From a virus, in the IMG/VR virus record IMGVR_UViG_3300044611_001420: a DNA stretch of 64,000 nucleotides; one strand, 5' to 3'. Both the position numbers and the translations under genes were made by a program. The notes beneath the pieces are model-generated. The model searched no databases, was not told the DNA's origin, and worked only from the letters and a program-made list of their open reading frames with translations. Positions within the stretch are counted from its first letter, which is position 1; each line of letters starts with the position of its first letter. Positions 47,141 to 57,156 of this stretch are shown piece after piece.

Positions 47141-50100
47141 ATGCCTCTGTCAAGATTAGAGAATTTTTTAAAGAATGCTGAAGGAAATATTCTTTATGTA
47201 AATCCATCAGATTTTGATGCTACAGATAGTTACGAAAATCAAGGCAATTCTTTAACTCGTCCATTTAAGACAATTCAAAGAGCATTAATAGAAGCTGCAA
47301 GATTTTCATATCAAAGTGGCAAAAACAACGATAGAATTGACAGAACGACTATATTAGTCTATCCGGGAACTCATTACATTGATAATAGACCTGGTTTTTC
47401 AATCGCAAAGCAAGGTTCCAATGCGATTTATAAAAAAAGAACAGGTACATCAACTTGGACTGAAGTTAATTTACCAGAACTAAATGAAAATTCAAATTAT
47501 AATATTTTAGATACAAATAACGATTTATATAAATTTAACTCAGTTCTTGGTGGTGCAATTCTACCTCGTGGAACTTCAATTATTGGATATGATTTAAGAA
47601 AAACAAAGATTCGTCCTCTTTATGTACCAAATCCTGAGGATTCTTCTGTTGATAACACAAGCATTTTTAATGTAACTGGTACTTGCTACTTCAGTACCTT
47701 CACATTCTTAGATGCAGACCAAACAAAGACGGTATTTAGTGATTATACAGACAATCGTTTTGTTCCTAATTTTTCACACCATAAAGTAGTTTCGTTCGCT
47801 TATGCAGATGGTGTGAATAAAGTTGCTCTTGGTACGGAGCAGACTGATTTAACTGACCTTGATATGTATTATTACAAGGTCGCAAAAGCATATGGTGATA
47901 TTACAGGACGAGGAGTTCTTGATTATCCAACTCTTGATGATTTTGAACCATCTAAAGATGAATTTAGAATTGTTGGTGAATTGCAGGCAAATCCACTTGG
48001 CATTTCAAGTATCAGTGGTGGAGATGGAGTTACACAAGCAACTAATGTAATTAAAGTTACAACTAAAAATCTTCAAACTGGAGAGGAACTTCCTCACGGT
48101 CTTTTTGTGGATAGTCCTGTTTTAATTTCTGGAATTACCACAGATGCTTCTGCATTTAACGGTTCATTTACAGTTAGAGAAGTCGTTGGAGTCTCTACTT
48201 TTACTTATACTTCAACGTCTTCCCCATCAAATCCGAACCCCGATGTTGCAGATTATGAAACTGGAATCGTAACAATTGAATCAGATAGTGTAAGTTCTGC
48301 GTCTCCTTATGTTTTCAACTGTTCAATTCGTTCTGCATATGGATTGTGCGGAATGTGGGCAGATGGCAACAAGGCAGATGGTTTCAAGAGTATGGTTGTT
48401 GCCCAATTTACTGGAGTTTCTCTTCAAAAAGATGATAATGCATTTATTGTTTATAATAAAACAACAGGAAAATATGAAGGTAATGATGTTCTAGCACTAA
48501 CAAGTAGTGAAAGACCATTACACACTAATAGTAACGCAATTTATAAACCAGATTATGAAGGTTTTCACATTCGTGTATCAAATAATGGTTTTGTTCAATG
48601 TGTTTCTATTTTCGCAATTGGATTTGCAAAACACTTTATAACTGAATCTGGTGGTGATATGAGTATCACCAACTCCAATTCAAACTTTGGTGCCATTTCA
48701 CTTGAATCTGTTGGTTATAGAAACGAATCATTTGATAGAGATGACGTTGGTTATATTACTCATATTATACCACCAAAAGAAGTAGATGAACTAGAAAGTA
48801 ATATTAACTGGATTTCTTTTGATGTTCCAAAAACTATTTCTGTAGGATTGACAGAAAGATTATATCTTTATAATTACAAAAACAAAGAAGTTTCACCATC
48901 AAAAGACGTAGATGGATTTAAAATTGGTGCAAAAACAAACGATACTTTAAATCTTAATATAGTAATTGGAACTGCACAAACAGTTTATAGTTCTCCAATA
49001 TTAATGCCAGTTGTTTCTGGTGTAGGAGTTACTGCAAGAAAGTCATACACCGTATCAAGATCTGGAAATTTAAATCAAATTTCAAACAATGTTTTAACTT
49101 TGAATGCAAATCACCAATTAATTAATGGTGAAAGTGTTAGAATTTTCTCAGATACTGGTGAAGTTCCAAATGGATTAACTGCAGGAGTTGTTGCTTATGC
49201 AATCACAACAGGTTTAGCAGTAAATCAGGTTAAACTTGCATATTCATTGAATGATGCAATTGCAGAAAATGAGATTGAGGGAATTAATGATAGAGGTGGT
49301 GTTCTTACCATTGTAAGTTCTGTAACTGACAAAAAACCTGGAGATATTGGAAGTCCAATCCAATATGATGATGTAAATGGACAATGGTATATTTTAAGTA
49401 GCAATTCATCAGATAATCAGATATTTCCAGCAATTGTTGGTTTTGGAACAACTTCTTTGGGAAATGAAACATCTTCAACTTTCGTAAAACGTAAATTGGA
49501 CAATCGTTCAATACAAGATAGAATTTATAGACTAAGATACGTAGTTCCCAAAGAATATACTAATGCCAGACCACCACAAGCTGGATTTGTATTGCAAGAA
49601 TCCAAGACTGTTAATATTAGTCCGATTTCCTTTGATTATACCCAATCCATTACTGAGCAAACACCACCAGCATATTTAAGAAACGAAAAAATAATTAAAA
49701 ATGCTACTGTTGGTGCTGTTTCTGGTGGAAAACAAACAGTAACTATCACTACCGAAAAACCTCATAAGTTTTTTACTGGAGACAAAGTTAAAGTCCAAAG
49801 AATCAAAAGTGAAAATAATCCTACTGCAGTTGGAATCACTTCAACTTATAATGGTTCTTACGTTATTGCTTCAGTTCCAAGTTCCAAAACATTTACATAT
49901 GAAATTTCTGGAGTGAAAATCAATCCAGGAACATTTACTAATCAAGTTGATGAACGTGATACCAATCAAGAAAGAAGTCAAATTCCTTTGGTATCCAGAG
50001 AAGAATATGAAAATGATTTTTATATCTATAGAGTAGATACAATTAAATCTCATATTCCAGGACTAAATGGTCAAGATGGAATTTATCATTTGATTGTTTT

Positions 50101-53100
50101 ATCATCTAATGTTTCTCCATCTTCTGATATTGGATATAATCTTTCTTCTAAGTCGTTTAATCAAGATGTTAGAAATTTATATCCACAAATTGATCGTGAT
50201 AATTTCAATTCCGATCCATCTGAATCAGTTACTTATGCTGATGCATCTGTAATTGGAAAGGTTGTAACTGATGATAAAAGAAAATCAGTCACAAGAGAAA
50301 CCATAAACACGTTTTTAAAGAATTCAAATGTTGGATTTGGAATCACTGGAGTAGTTGTAAGTGGAACTGGAAATACTACGGTTACTATTCATACAAATGT
50401 TGAACATAACTTCAATTCAATCAAATCAATATCAGTAAAAAATCCTACTGGTGCAGGAACATCAGGAGCAGGATATGGAAATACCACAATTTATTCGTCT
50501 AATTTAATTGGAGGTACTGGTCAGGGTGCTTCTCTTTACGTTCCTGTTATTGGTTCTACTGGTACAATTAATACAAGTTCAATTAAAATAGTTGATGTTG
50601 GTTCAGTTTATTCTGTTGGAGATGTACTTGATATTTCTGGTCCATCTGGAATCACTCCAACAATTTATGCAAAAGCAGAAGTATTAGAAATCAACAATAA
50701 TATTGGAGATGCCCTTGAAATACGTGGTTTTAATACGACAAATTTAGATGGAGTTTATAGAATTACAAACGTTCCATCATCAAAATCTATTGAAATTTAT
50801 GTTCCAAGTGGTGTTCCATCATATCAATCAAATACAAATGGAAGAATCCCTGTAGCAGTTTTATCGGCCGAAGGAATTGGAATCAATTCGTTTAGATTTG
50901 ACAGCACTGTTACAGGAATAGTTACAGTCACAACGAATAATTCTCACGGATTACTTAGAGGAAATAAATTTACAATTGTTGGTAGTGGTCATACCATATA
51001 CGATAAAACATTTGTTGTAAAAGAAAATGTTGGATTGAATACCTTCACTTTTAATGTTGGAGTTGTAACACAAACTAAATCCTCAACGACTGGAACATTA
51101 CTTAAGCACTCTATAAGTTCAAACGAACTTGTACTCTCAAGAGGTGAAGATACTCTTGGTTCTAGAGCATCTTATTTTTATGCTGGTATTACAACAACAC
51201 TTTCGTCAACAATTCTTGTAGATAGCACATCAATTACTCTGACAAGTTCCAAAGGTTTTGATCGTGGTGATTATGTAGTCATTAATAATGAAATTATTCG
51301 TCTTGCTAACTCAACAACTTCAAATACATTTAATGCTCTTCGTGGTAGATTTAGCACTTTCAAAACCACTGCTGAAGCAGGAACACAAGTCAAAAAGATA
51401 AATGTAATGCCAATGGAGGTTCGCAGACCTTCATTTATGAGAGCATCTGGTCATACCTTTGAATATCTTGGTTATGGTCCAGGCAACTATTCAACTGGTA
51501 TGCCACAAAAGCAGACTAGAATTTTAACAGAAGATGACGTTCTTGTATCTCAAGCAAGAAAGCAAAAAGGTGGTGTAGTTGTTTATACTGGAATGAATGA
51601 TGTTGGTGAATTTTATTCTGGTGCAAAGAAACTAAGTTCATCCACTGGTGAAGAAAAAATTGTTGAGGCACCAATCCTCAGTTATACTGGAGATGATGCA
51701 GAAGGAACTAATACCAATAAGTTAGATGTAACATTTGATAATATTCTAGCAAGGGGAAGAATTACTGTTGAGGGTGGTGATGGAGCAAAAGAGACAAGTC
51801 AATTCTATGGACCAGTAAGTTTCAATAAAAAAGTAGTAAGCACTTCTGATGAAGGTGTTAATGTTAAAAATCTTTATGTAAAAGGTGACACAACAACTTA
51901 TAAATTAGTTACAGTAGGAATATCAACCCCAACTGATGCAAATTTAGTAAATCGTGGTAATATTTCCCTAAAATCCCTTCCAAACGAAGGTTACATTGGA
52001 CAAGTTTATGTCGATGGAGAGTGGAAGAAATTTGGTCCAATCAGTCAATCTAAAGATATTTTAGATTTTAAAGTTGATAAAATTGGAATTGGTAATTCCA
52101 ATGATTTTGCAAATACTTCAGATCCTGGAGTTAATGATGTTGCATTTTACGTTGGTGGAAAATCAAAATTTAAGGACGTAGTATTTTCTGGTCAAGTTGA
52201 AATTGAATCTGGAATTACCTTAAATAATGTCAATTTTAATAATATTAATATCAGAAAAACTGCATTTTTTAGTGGAGCAGGTGCTGGTGGCACAAGTTAT
52301 GCCATTTATGTTTATAATCCAGGAGACCTTGTTGATAGTCAAACTGTACCAAGACTTAGAAGTAGATTTTATGATTTAGAAGTTGCTGGGGTTTCTACAT
52401 TTAGTGGTCTTGTAGGAATCGGAACAACAATTTTTACGGGAACTTCCAATCAATTGTTACAGATCAATAGTGGTGCTTATATAAGTGGGTCTGTAGGTAT
52501 AGGAACCACAAATCCAACAGATAAATTGTCTATAATTGGTGATGTTGGAATTCAAACTAGTTTGAATTTATATTCCTCAAATCAAGTCAAAAAAGGAACA
52601 ATACAAGCAGTAGAGACAACTGAAAAATATCAATCCGGTTTAGTAATTAACGTTCCTAATGGTAATGAAATTGCATTTTCTGATGGTGATTCAAGAAATG
52701 TTGTTATAACTGGTGATGGAAATCTTGGAATTGGAACTACAACTCTATCATCAAAATTACAAGTTCACGGAACAATTGGAATATCTTCTATTGGAGACAG
52801 TGAAGATCTTGTGCCTGGTGGAAGAACACAATTTAGTTCAAGTAGCACCTCTGGATTTGTCTTAAATCACAATCACAGCACCGATATAGTTTTCCAAAAT
52901 CAAGGAATTGAAAGATTTAGAGTTGGTAGTGGAATAACAGCAACTTATACAAGTCTTAGTGCTGGATCTGACTTGACTGGAAGTCATTTCAAACTTAAAA
53001 ATGATGGACCTGGAGACGTTGTTCTTTCTTGGTTCTCAAATGATTCAGGTAATCGTAGATGGTATGCTGGTATTGATGTAAGTGATTCTTATTCTTGGAA

Positions 53101-54673
53101 ATTAGCAAGTACAAATAGTTCTGTTTCACCAGGACAAGAAAGTTTTGATTCAGTTGGTGAGAATACAGCAAGAAATCAAATTGAAACTAAACTTAAACTC
53201 AATCAAGATGGTGATTTAAGTGTTCTTGGTGCATTGACTCTAAATGGTTTGAACACACCATCAAGATTTGAAGTCGGAAGTGTTGGAGTTTCAACCATTA
53301 GAGGAAATTTAAATCTTTTCAATCTTGTTAATACTAGTGGACAAACAGTAACTGTTTCTGATTTTAACATTAATACTGACAAATTTACTGTTGCAGGAAA
53401 TACTGGAAATGTTACTACAAAAGGAACAATTGTTTCTGATGGAATTTTAACTGTTAATTCTCAAGGAAATTCATCTTTTAATGGTACTCTTGGAGTTAGT
53501 GGTAATGTAACTTCTTCTGGATTTGCTGTGAATGGAAGTCCATCGACATCTGGCATTCCAAATATACTAAGAGCAGATGGGTCAAATTCAAAACTGGAGT
53601 CACAAGATGTGGTAAATGCTCTTGGGTTTGTCCCTCAACCTCCAATTGCAACATCAAATTTACCAACAGGAAATTCCGAAGTATTGAAGGATATTAGTGG
53701 TTTATTTAATGGAACTGGAACATCATTCCAATTGTTTAGAACTTCAAATGCAGCATTTGTACCACTTGGTCCTGATAATTTAATTGTTTCTCTTGGTGGT
53801 GTAATACAAAAACCATCTACTGACTATATAATCCGACAGGTTAGTGGTGCTTATACAAATATAATTGACTTCAGTGAAGCTCCCCCTTCTGGAATTCCTT
53901 GTTTTATTCTTGCTCTTGGTGGGCAGGGAAGTCTCAAATCTAATCAGGATTGGAACAATAAAGGTGAAATTCTTGTTGCAACAGGAGATAATGCAGCAAC
54001 AACACTTGCTGTCGGTGCCAATGGAACAATATTAACTGCTGATAGTAATGAAGCTGGTGGTGTTGAGTGGAAAAACTCTCTGAATCTTAATGGTTCTATT
54101 ACTGGAACTTCATTAAGTGTTGGGACTGGTTCTGTTACTGCTGGTTCATTTGTTGGAAATGGAACTATTCCAGTTGGTGGAATTATTATGTGGTCTGGAA
54201 CTACGGTTCCAACAGGATGGGCATTATGTAATGGGAGTAATGGAACTCCAGATTTGAGAAATAAATTTATTGTTGCTGCAGATAGTCTTACTAAGACTGG
54301 AACTACATCCCAAAGTGGAAGTTCTCCATATGATCCTGGAGATATTGGTGGTAGTGCAGATGCCACTTTGGTTTCTCATAGTCATACAGCATCAACATCA
54401 GACACCAGTAAAGTATTAACGGGTGACATTTGGCCAATTGCAGAATCTTATGGTGCTAGTACAGTATTTAATGAAGGTATTTTATCTCGCTCAGACCGTT
54501 CTGCATTTCAAAATGCGACGCCATCACAAACAGATAGTCAATTTGTTGATGGTGGTATTGCTATTGATGCAACACACGGGCATAATGTTTCTGTCAGTGT
54601 AGAAGGTTCAGTAGCAACAAATGCAAACTTACCTCCGTATTATGCACTTGCATTCATTATGAGAACTGCATAA
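47141..54673 (+). CDS. Giant virion structural protein (baseplate/fibre, 2510 aa) with a C-terminal tail-collar-like domain
   Basis: MPLSRLENFLKN...ILYVNPSDFDATD...PFKTIQRALIEAARFSY, ASGHTFEYLGYGPGNYS, and C-terminal PVGGIIMWSG...GWALCNG...TPDLRNKF...NLPPYYALAFIMR. Confidence 0.85.
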   Translation: MPLSRLENFLKNAEGNILYVNPSDFDATDSYENQGNSLTRPFKTIQRALIEAARFSYQSGKNNDRIDRTTILVYPGTHYIDNRPGFSIAKQGSNAIYKKRTGTSTWTEVNLPELNENSNYNILDTNNDLYKFNSVLGGAILPRGTSIIGYDLRKTKIRPLYVPNPEDSSVDNTSIFNVTGTCYFSTFTFLDADQTKTVFSDYTDNRFVPNFSHHKVVSFAYADGVNKVALGTEQTDLTDLDMYYYKVAKAYGDITGRGVLDYPTLDDFEPSKDEFRIVGELQANPLGISSISGGDGVTQATNVIKVTTKNLQTGEELPHGLFVDSPVLISGITTDASAFNGSFTVREVVGVSTFTYTSTSSPSNPNPDVADYETGIVTIESDSVSSASPYVFNCSIRSAYGLCGMWADGNKADGFKSMVVAQFTGVSLQKDDNAFIVYNKTTGKYEGNDVLALTSSERPLHTNSNAIYKPDYEGFHIRVSNNGFVQCVSIFAIGFAKHFITESGGDMSITNSNSNFGAISLESVGYRNESFDRDDVGYITHIIPPKEVDELESNINWISFDVPKTISVGLTERLYLYNYKNKEVSPSKDVDGFKIGAKTNDTLNLNIVIGTAQTVYSSPILMPVVSGVGVTARKSYTVSRSGNLNQISNNVLTLNANHQLINGESVRIFSDTGEVPNGLTAGVVAYAITTGLAVNQVKLAYSLNDAIAENEIEGINDRGGVLTIVSSVTDKKPGDIGSPIQYDDVNGQWYILSSNSSDNQIFPAIVGFGTTSLGNETSSTFVKRKLDNRSIQDRIYRLRYVVPKEYTNARPPQAGFVLQESKTVNISPISFDYTQSITEQTPPAYLRNEKIIKNATVGAVSGGKQTVTITTEKPHKFFTGDKVKVQRIKSENNPTAVGITSTYNGSYVIASVPSSKTFTYEISGVKINPGTFTNQVDERDTNQERSQIPLVSREEYENDFYIYRVDTIKSHIPGLNGQDGIYHLIVLSSNVSPSSDIGYNLSSKSFNQDVRNLYPQIDRDNFNSDPSESVTYADASVIGKVVTDDKRKSVTRETINTFLKNSNVGFGITGVVVSGTGNTTVTIHTNVEHNFNSIKSISVKNPTGAGTSGAGYGNTTIYSSNLIGGTGQGASLYVPVIGSTGTINTSSIKIVDVGSVYSVGDVLDISGPSGITPTIYAKAEVLEINNNIGDALEIRGFNTTNLDGVYRITNVPSSKSIEIYVPSGVPSYQSNTNGRIPVAVLSAEGIGINSFRFDSTVTGIVTVTTNNSHGLLRGNKFTIVGSGHTIYDKTFVVKENVGLNTFTFNVGVVTQTKSSTTGTLLKHSISSNELVLSRGEDTLGSRASYFYAGITTTLSSTILVDSTSITLTSSKGFDRGDYVVINNEIIRLANSTTSNTFNALRGRFSTFKTTAEAGTQVKKINVMPMEVRRPSFMRASGHTFEYLGYGPGNYSTGMPQKQTRILTEDDVLVSQARKQKGGVVVYTGMNDVGEFYSGAKKLSSSTGEEKIVEAPILSYTGDDAEGTNTNKLDVTFDNILARGRITVEGGDGAKETSQFYGPVSFNKKVVSTSDEGVNVKNLYVKGDTTTYKLVTVGISTPTDANLVNRGNISLKSLPNEGYIGQVYVDGEWKKFGPISQSKDILDFKVDKIGIGNSNDFANTSDPGVNDVAFYVGGKSKFKDVVFSGQVEIESGITLNNVNFNNINIRKTAFFSGAGAGGTSYAIYVYNPGDLVDSQTVPRLRSRFYDLEVAGVSTFSGLVGIGTTIFTGTSNQLLQINSGAYISGSVGIGTTNPTDKLSIIGDVGIQTSLNLYSSNQVKKGTIQAVETTEKYQSGLVINVPNGNEIAFSDGDSRNVVITGDGNLGIGTTTLSSKLQVHGTIGISSIGDSEDLVPGGRTQFSSSSTSGFVLNHNHSTDIVFQNQGIERFRVGSGITATYTSLSAGSDLTGSHFKLKNDGPGDVVLSWFSNDSGNRRWYAGIDVSDSYSWKLASTNSSVSPGQESFDSVGENTARNQIETKLKLNQDGDLSVLGALTLNGLNTPSRFEVGSVGVSTIRGNLNLFNLVNTSGQTVTVSDFNINTDKFTVAGNTGNVTTKGTIVSDGILTVNSQGNSSFNGTLGVSGNVTSSGFAVNGSPSTSGIPNILRADGSNSKLESQDVVNALGFVPQPPIATSNLPTGNSEVLKDISGLFNGTGTSFQLFRTSNAAFVPLGPDNLIVSLGGVIQKPSTDYIIRQVSGAYTNIIDFSEAPPSGIPCFILALGGQGSLKSNQDWNNKGEILVATGDNAATTLAVGANGTILTADSNEAGGVEWKNSLNLNGSITGTSLSVGTGSVTAGSFVGNGTIPVGGIIMWSGTTVPTGWALCNGSNGTPDLRNKFIVAADSLTKTGTTSQSGSSPYDPGDIGGSADATLVSHSHTASTSDTSKVLTGDIWPIAESYGASTVFNEGILSRSDRSAFQNATPSQTDSQFVDGGIAIDATHGHNVSVSVEGSVATNANLPPYYALAFIMRTA

Positions 54674-54708
54674 TAACATAAATACCCTCATAGTTATTCT
54701 ATAAAATT

Positions 54709-54879
54709 ATGACTAAACAAGAAATGATTAGTTCTTTAACACAAAAGGCAGTTCAAATTCGTGATGAACTTGTTGCACTTGAGCAACAATTTAATGTCAA
54801 AAAAGAAGAATTTCTTAAAGTTCAGGGAGCATTAGAAGCATTGGATGAGTTAGAAGAAGGAAAGCAAGAAGAAGAATAA
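54709..54879 (+). CDS. Small coiled-coil protein (56 aa, not in ORF track), possible fibre chaperone
   Basis: MTKQEMISSLTQKAVQIRDEL...KVQGALEALDEL; CATAAATA upstream and a terminator downstream. Confidence 0.65.
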   Translation: MTKQEMISSLTQKAVQIRDELVALEQQFNVKKEEFLKVQGALEALDELEEGKQEEE

Positions 54880-54881
54880 AT

Positions 54882-54908
54882 AAAAGGGACAAAGATATTG
54901 TCCCTTTT
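54882..54908. terminator. Bidirectional terminator hairpin
   Basis: AAAAGGGACAA-agata-TTGTCCCTTTT, an 11-bp perfect stem. Confidence 0.75.
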
Positions 54909-55001
54909 GTAATTAGAAATTGAAGTTCCTACCATTACCTTAGTAATTATAGAACAGGGAAAATATCTATAAATTCTGAGGTTATTTTCTCTCAATACCA
55001 G

Positions 55002-56816
55002 ATGGATAATATTAAAGTAAGAGTAGGAACAAATAATACTAAGGTAAGAGTTGGAACTAATAATGCTATAAAAGTAATTTCAGCAAATCTTGCTGACGCA
55101 GTACAAGTAAACTCTGATTATGTAGTTTCAAATATTTTATATGTCACAGAAGACGGAAACGATTCAAACACAGGAAAAAAACTCGGAGAAGCAAAAGCAA
55201 CTATCGCAGCAGCAGTTGGAATTGCAACAGAGGGAACTGTTATTAAAGTTAGTGCTGGAACTTACATAGAAAATAATCCAATTTCTTTACCAAAACAAAT
55301 TAGTATTGTTGGAGACAACCTAAGAGAAGTTACAGTTGTCCCACAGAATTCAAATACTGATTTCTTTTATGTTAATAATGGAAATTATGTTTCCAATATG
55401 TCTTTTTCTGGAAGTTTAAATTCAGGAAAGGCAGTTTTTGCTTTCAATCCAACCAAACCTGTTTATATAAATCAATCACCTTATATTCAAAATTGTACTA
55501 ATTTTATTCCAAATAGTATTGGATTAAAAGTTGATGGTTCTAAAGCAATAGGACCAACTAAAAGTATGGTTTTGGATTCTTATACGCAATACAATCAGAA
55601 TGGAATTGGAGCATCCATTACAAATGAAGGATACGCACAGTTAGTATCTATGTTTACTATTTGTAATGATATTGCTGTTTATTGTGGTTCTGGTGGTGGT
55701 TGTGATTTAACTAATTCCAACTCATCCTTTGGAAATTATGCTCTAGTTGCAGATGGAGTAAGTGCTAAAAAATATACAGGAATAGTTACAGTAGCAGCAT
55801 CTGAAAATTCTGATACTTTTGTTTTAGATTTAAATATACCAACGTTAAATGTCACAAACGCAGTTTATGATAATGCAACTGGTTTAACGACTATTACTGT
55901 CAGTCAAAATCATAATTTCAGTGTTGGAATGGGAGTCTCAATTAATAATCTTACTTTTACTTGTTCCTATGGAGAGGGAACTTCTATATTTCCTTCGGGA
56001 AATAATGGATATGTTTTTGAGGTTGCAAATTTACCATCATCAACATCATTTGAAGTTTATGTTGGAGTTTCCACCATTCAGCACACTTATTCATCTGGAG
56101 GTGCTGTAAAAATAAATGTAGTTCGTCCATTTGATGGTCAAGTTGTTTATTTTGGGCAACCGTATTATACAATTGGAAGTGTGAACGTAAGTGCTGGTGG
56201 AACTGGTTACAGTGGAAATACATCAATTACATTTTCTTCACCAGAAACTTCTTGGGGAATATCTGCTTCTGGAATTGCTGAAGTTGAAAATGGATCAGTA
56301 GTTTCTGTTCAAATGGTTTCAAGTGGAAGAGGATATGGTTCAACTCCACCAACAGTTACTTTTGGTTCTCCTAATGTTGGAATAAATACTGCAATAGGGG
56401 TTGCTAATTTGATTCCATCTTATTATTCAATTCAAAGTTCTACTCCAATTGTATCTGGAATTTGTACAATTATTTTAAATGATAGTGTTCCATTTTCCGT
56501 TGGAGTTGGAACTACAACTTTTTTCTTTAAGCAAAGTCGTATTTTAGCATCTGGTCATTCATTTGAATATATTGGGTCAGGAACAAACATCGCATCTGCT
56601 TTACCTGTAACTGGTGGTGTTGCAATTCAAGAAAATGAAATTGATATGAGAAATGGTGGATTAGTTGTTTATACAAGTACAGACCAATCTGGAAATTTTA
56701 GAATAGGAGATGGTGTTACCATTAACCAACAAACAGGAACAATTAGTGGAACAATTTATTCTAAGAGTTTGTTTTCATCAATGACACCATTCATTTTAGC
56801 ACTTGGAGGAGAATAA
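55002..56816 (+). CDS. Fibre-associated pectin-lyase-like protein (cassette C, large gene)
   Basis: ILYVTEDGNDSNTG...GTYIENNP...SPYIQNCTNF...DSYTQYN...ASGHSFEYIG...TSTDQSGNFRIG...TPFILALGG. Confidence 0.78.
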   Translation: MDNIKVRVGTNNTKVRVGTNNAIKVISANLADAVQVNSDYVVSNILYVTEDGNDSNTGKKLGEAKATIAAAVGIATEGTVIKVSAGTYIENNPISLPKQISIVGDNLREVTVVPQNSNTDFFYVNNGNYVSNMSFSGSLNSGKAVFAFNPTKPVYINQSPYIQNCTNFIPNSIGLKVDGSKAIGPTKSMVLDSYTQYNQNGIGASITNEGYAQLVSMFTICNDIAVYCGSGGGCDLTNSNSSFGNYALVADGVSAKKYTGIVTVAASENSDTFVLDLNIPTLNVTNAVYDNATGLTTITVSQNHNFSVGMGVSINNLTFTCSYGEGTSIFPSGNNGYVFEVANLPSSTSFEVYVGVSTIQHTYSSGGAVKINVVRPFDGQVVYFGQPYYTIGSVNVSAGGTGYSGNTSITFSSPETSWGISASGIAEVENGSVVSVQMVSSGRGYGSTPPTVTFGSPNVGINTAIGVANLIPSYYSIQSSTPIVSGICTIILNDSVPFSVGVGTTTFFFKQSRILASGHSFEYIGSGTNIASALPVTGGVAIQENEIDMRNGGLVVYTSTDQSGNFRIGDGVTINQQTGTISGTIYSKSLFSSMTPFILALGGE

Positions 56817-56818
56817 GA

Positions 56819-57148
56819 ATGGCACTACCGTTAAATGTATTTCAGACAGTTACTGCAGTTGTATCTGCAAGTCCAACAGAAGTTTATACTGCTCCAGTTG
56901 GTTATACTGGAGTTGTACTTTTAGCACAAGTCACAAATATCGGAACAACTTCTCAAGATATTACAGTTTTTCATCGCAGAAGTTCTACTGACACAGAAAT
57001 GTTAAAGCAATATCCAGTTGCTGGAAATGATACAATAAATCTTCTTTCTGGAAAATTAGTTCTTGAAAGTGGAGATAAATTAGTTATATCTGGTAGTAAT
57101 GCAACTAATCTGAAACTTGTCGCAAGTATTTTAGAAACACTTAACTAA
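56819..57148 (+). CDS. Small structural adaptor protein (cassette C, small gene)
   Basis: MALPLNVFQT...VYTAPVG...LAQVTNI...GKLVLESGD...SILET. Confidence 0.8.
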   Translation: MALPLNVFQTVTAVVSASPTEVYTAPVGYTGVVLLAQVTNIGTTSQDITVFHRRSSTDTEMLKQYPVAGNDTINLLSGKLVLESGDKLVISGSNATNLKLVASILETLN

Positions 57149-57156
57149 TACCAAAA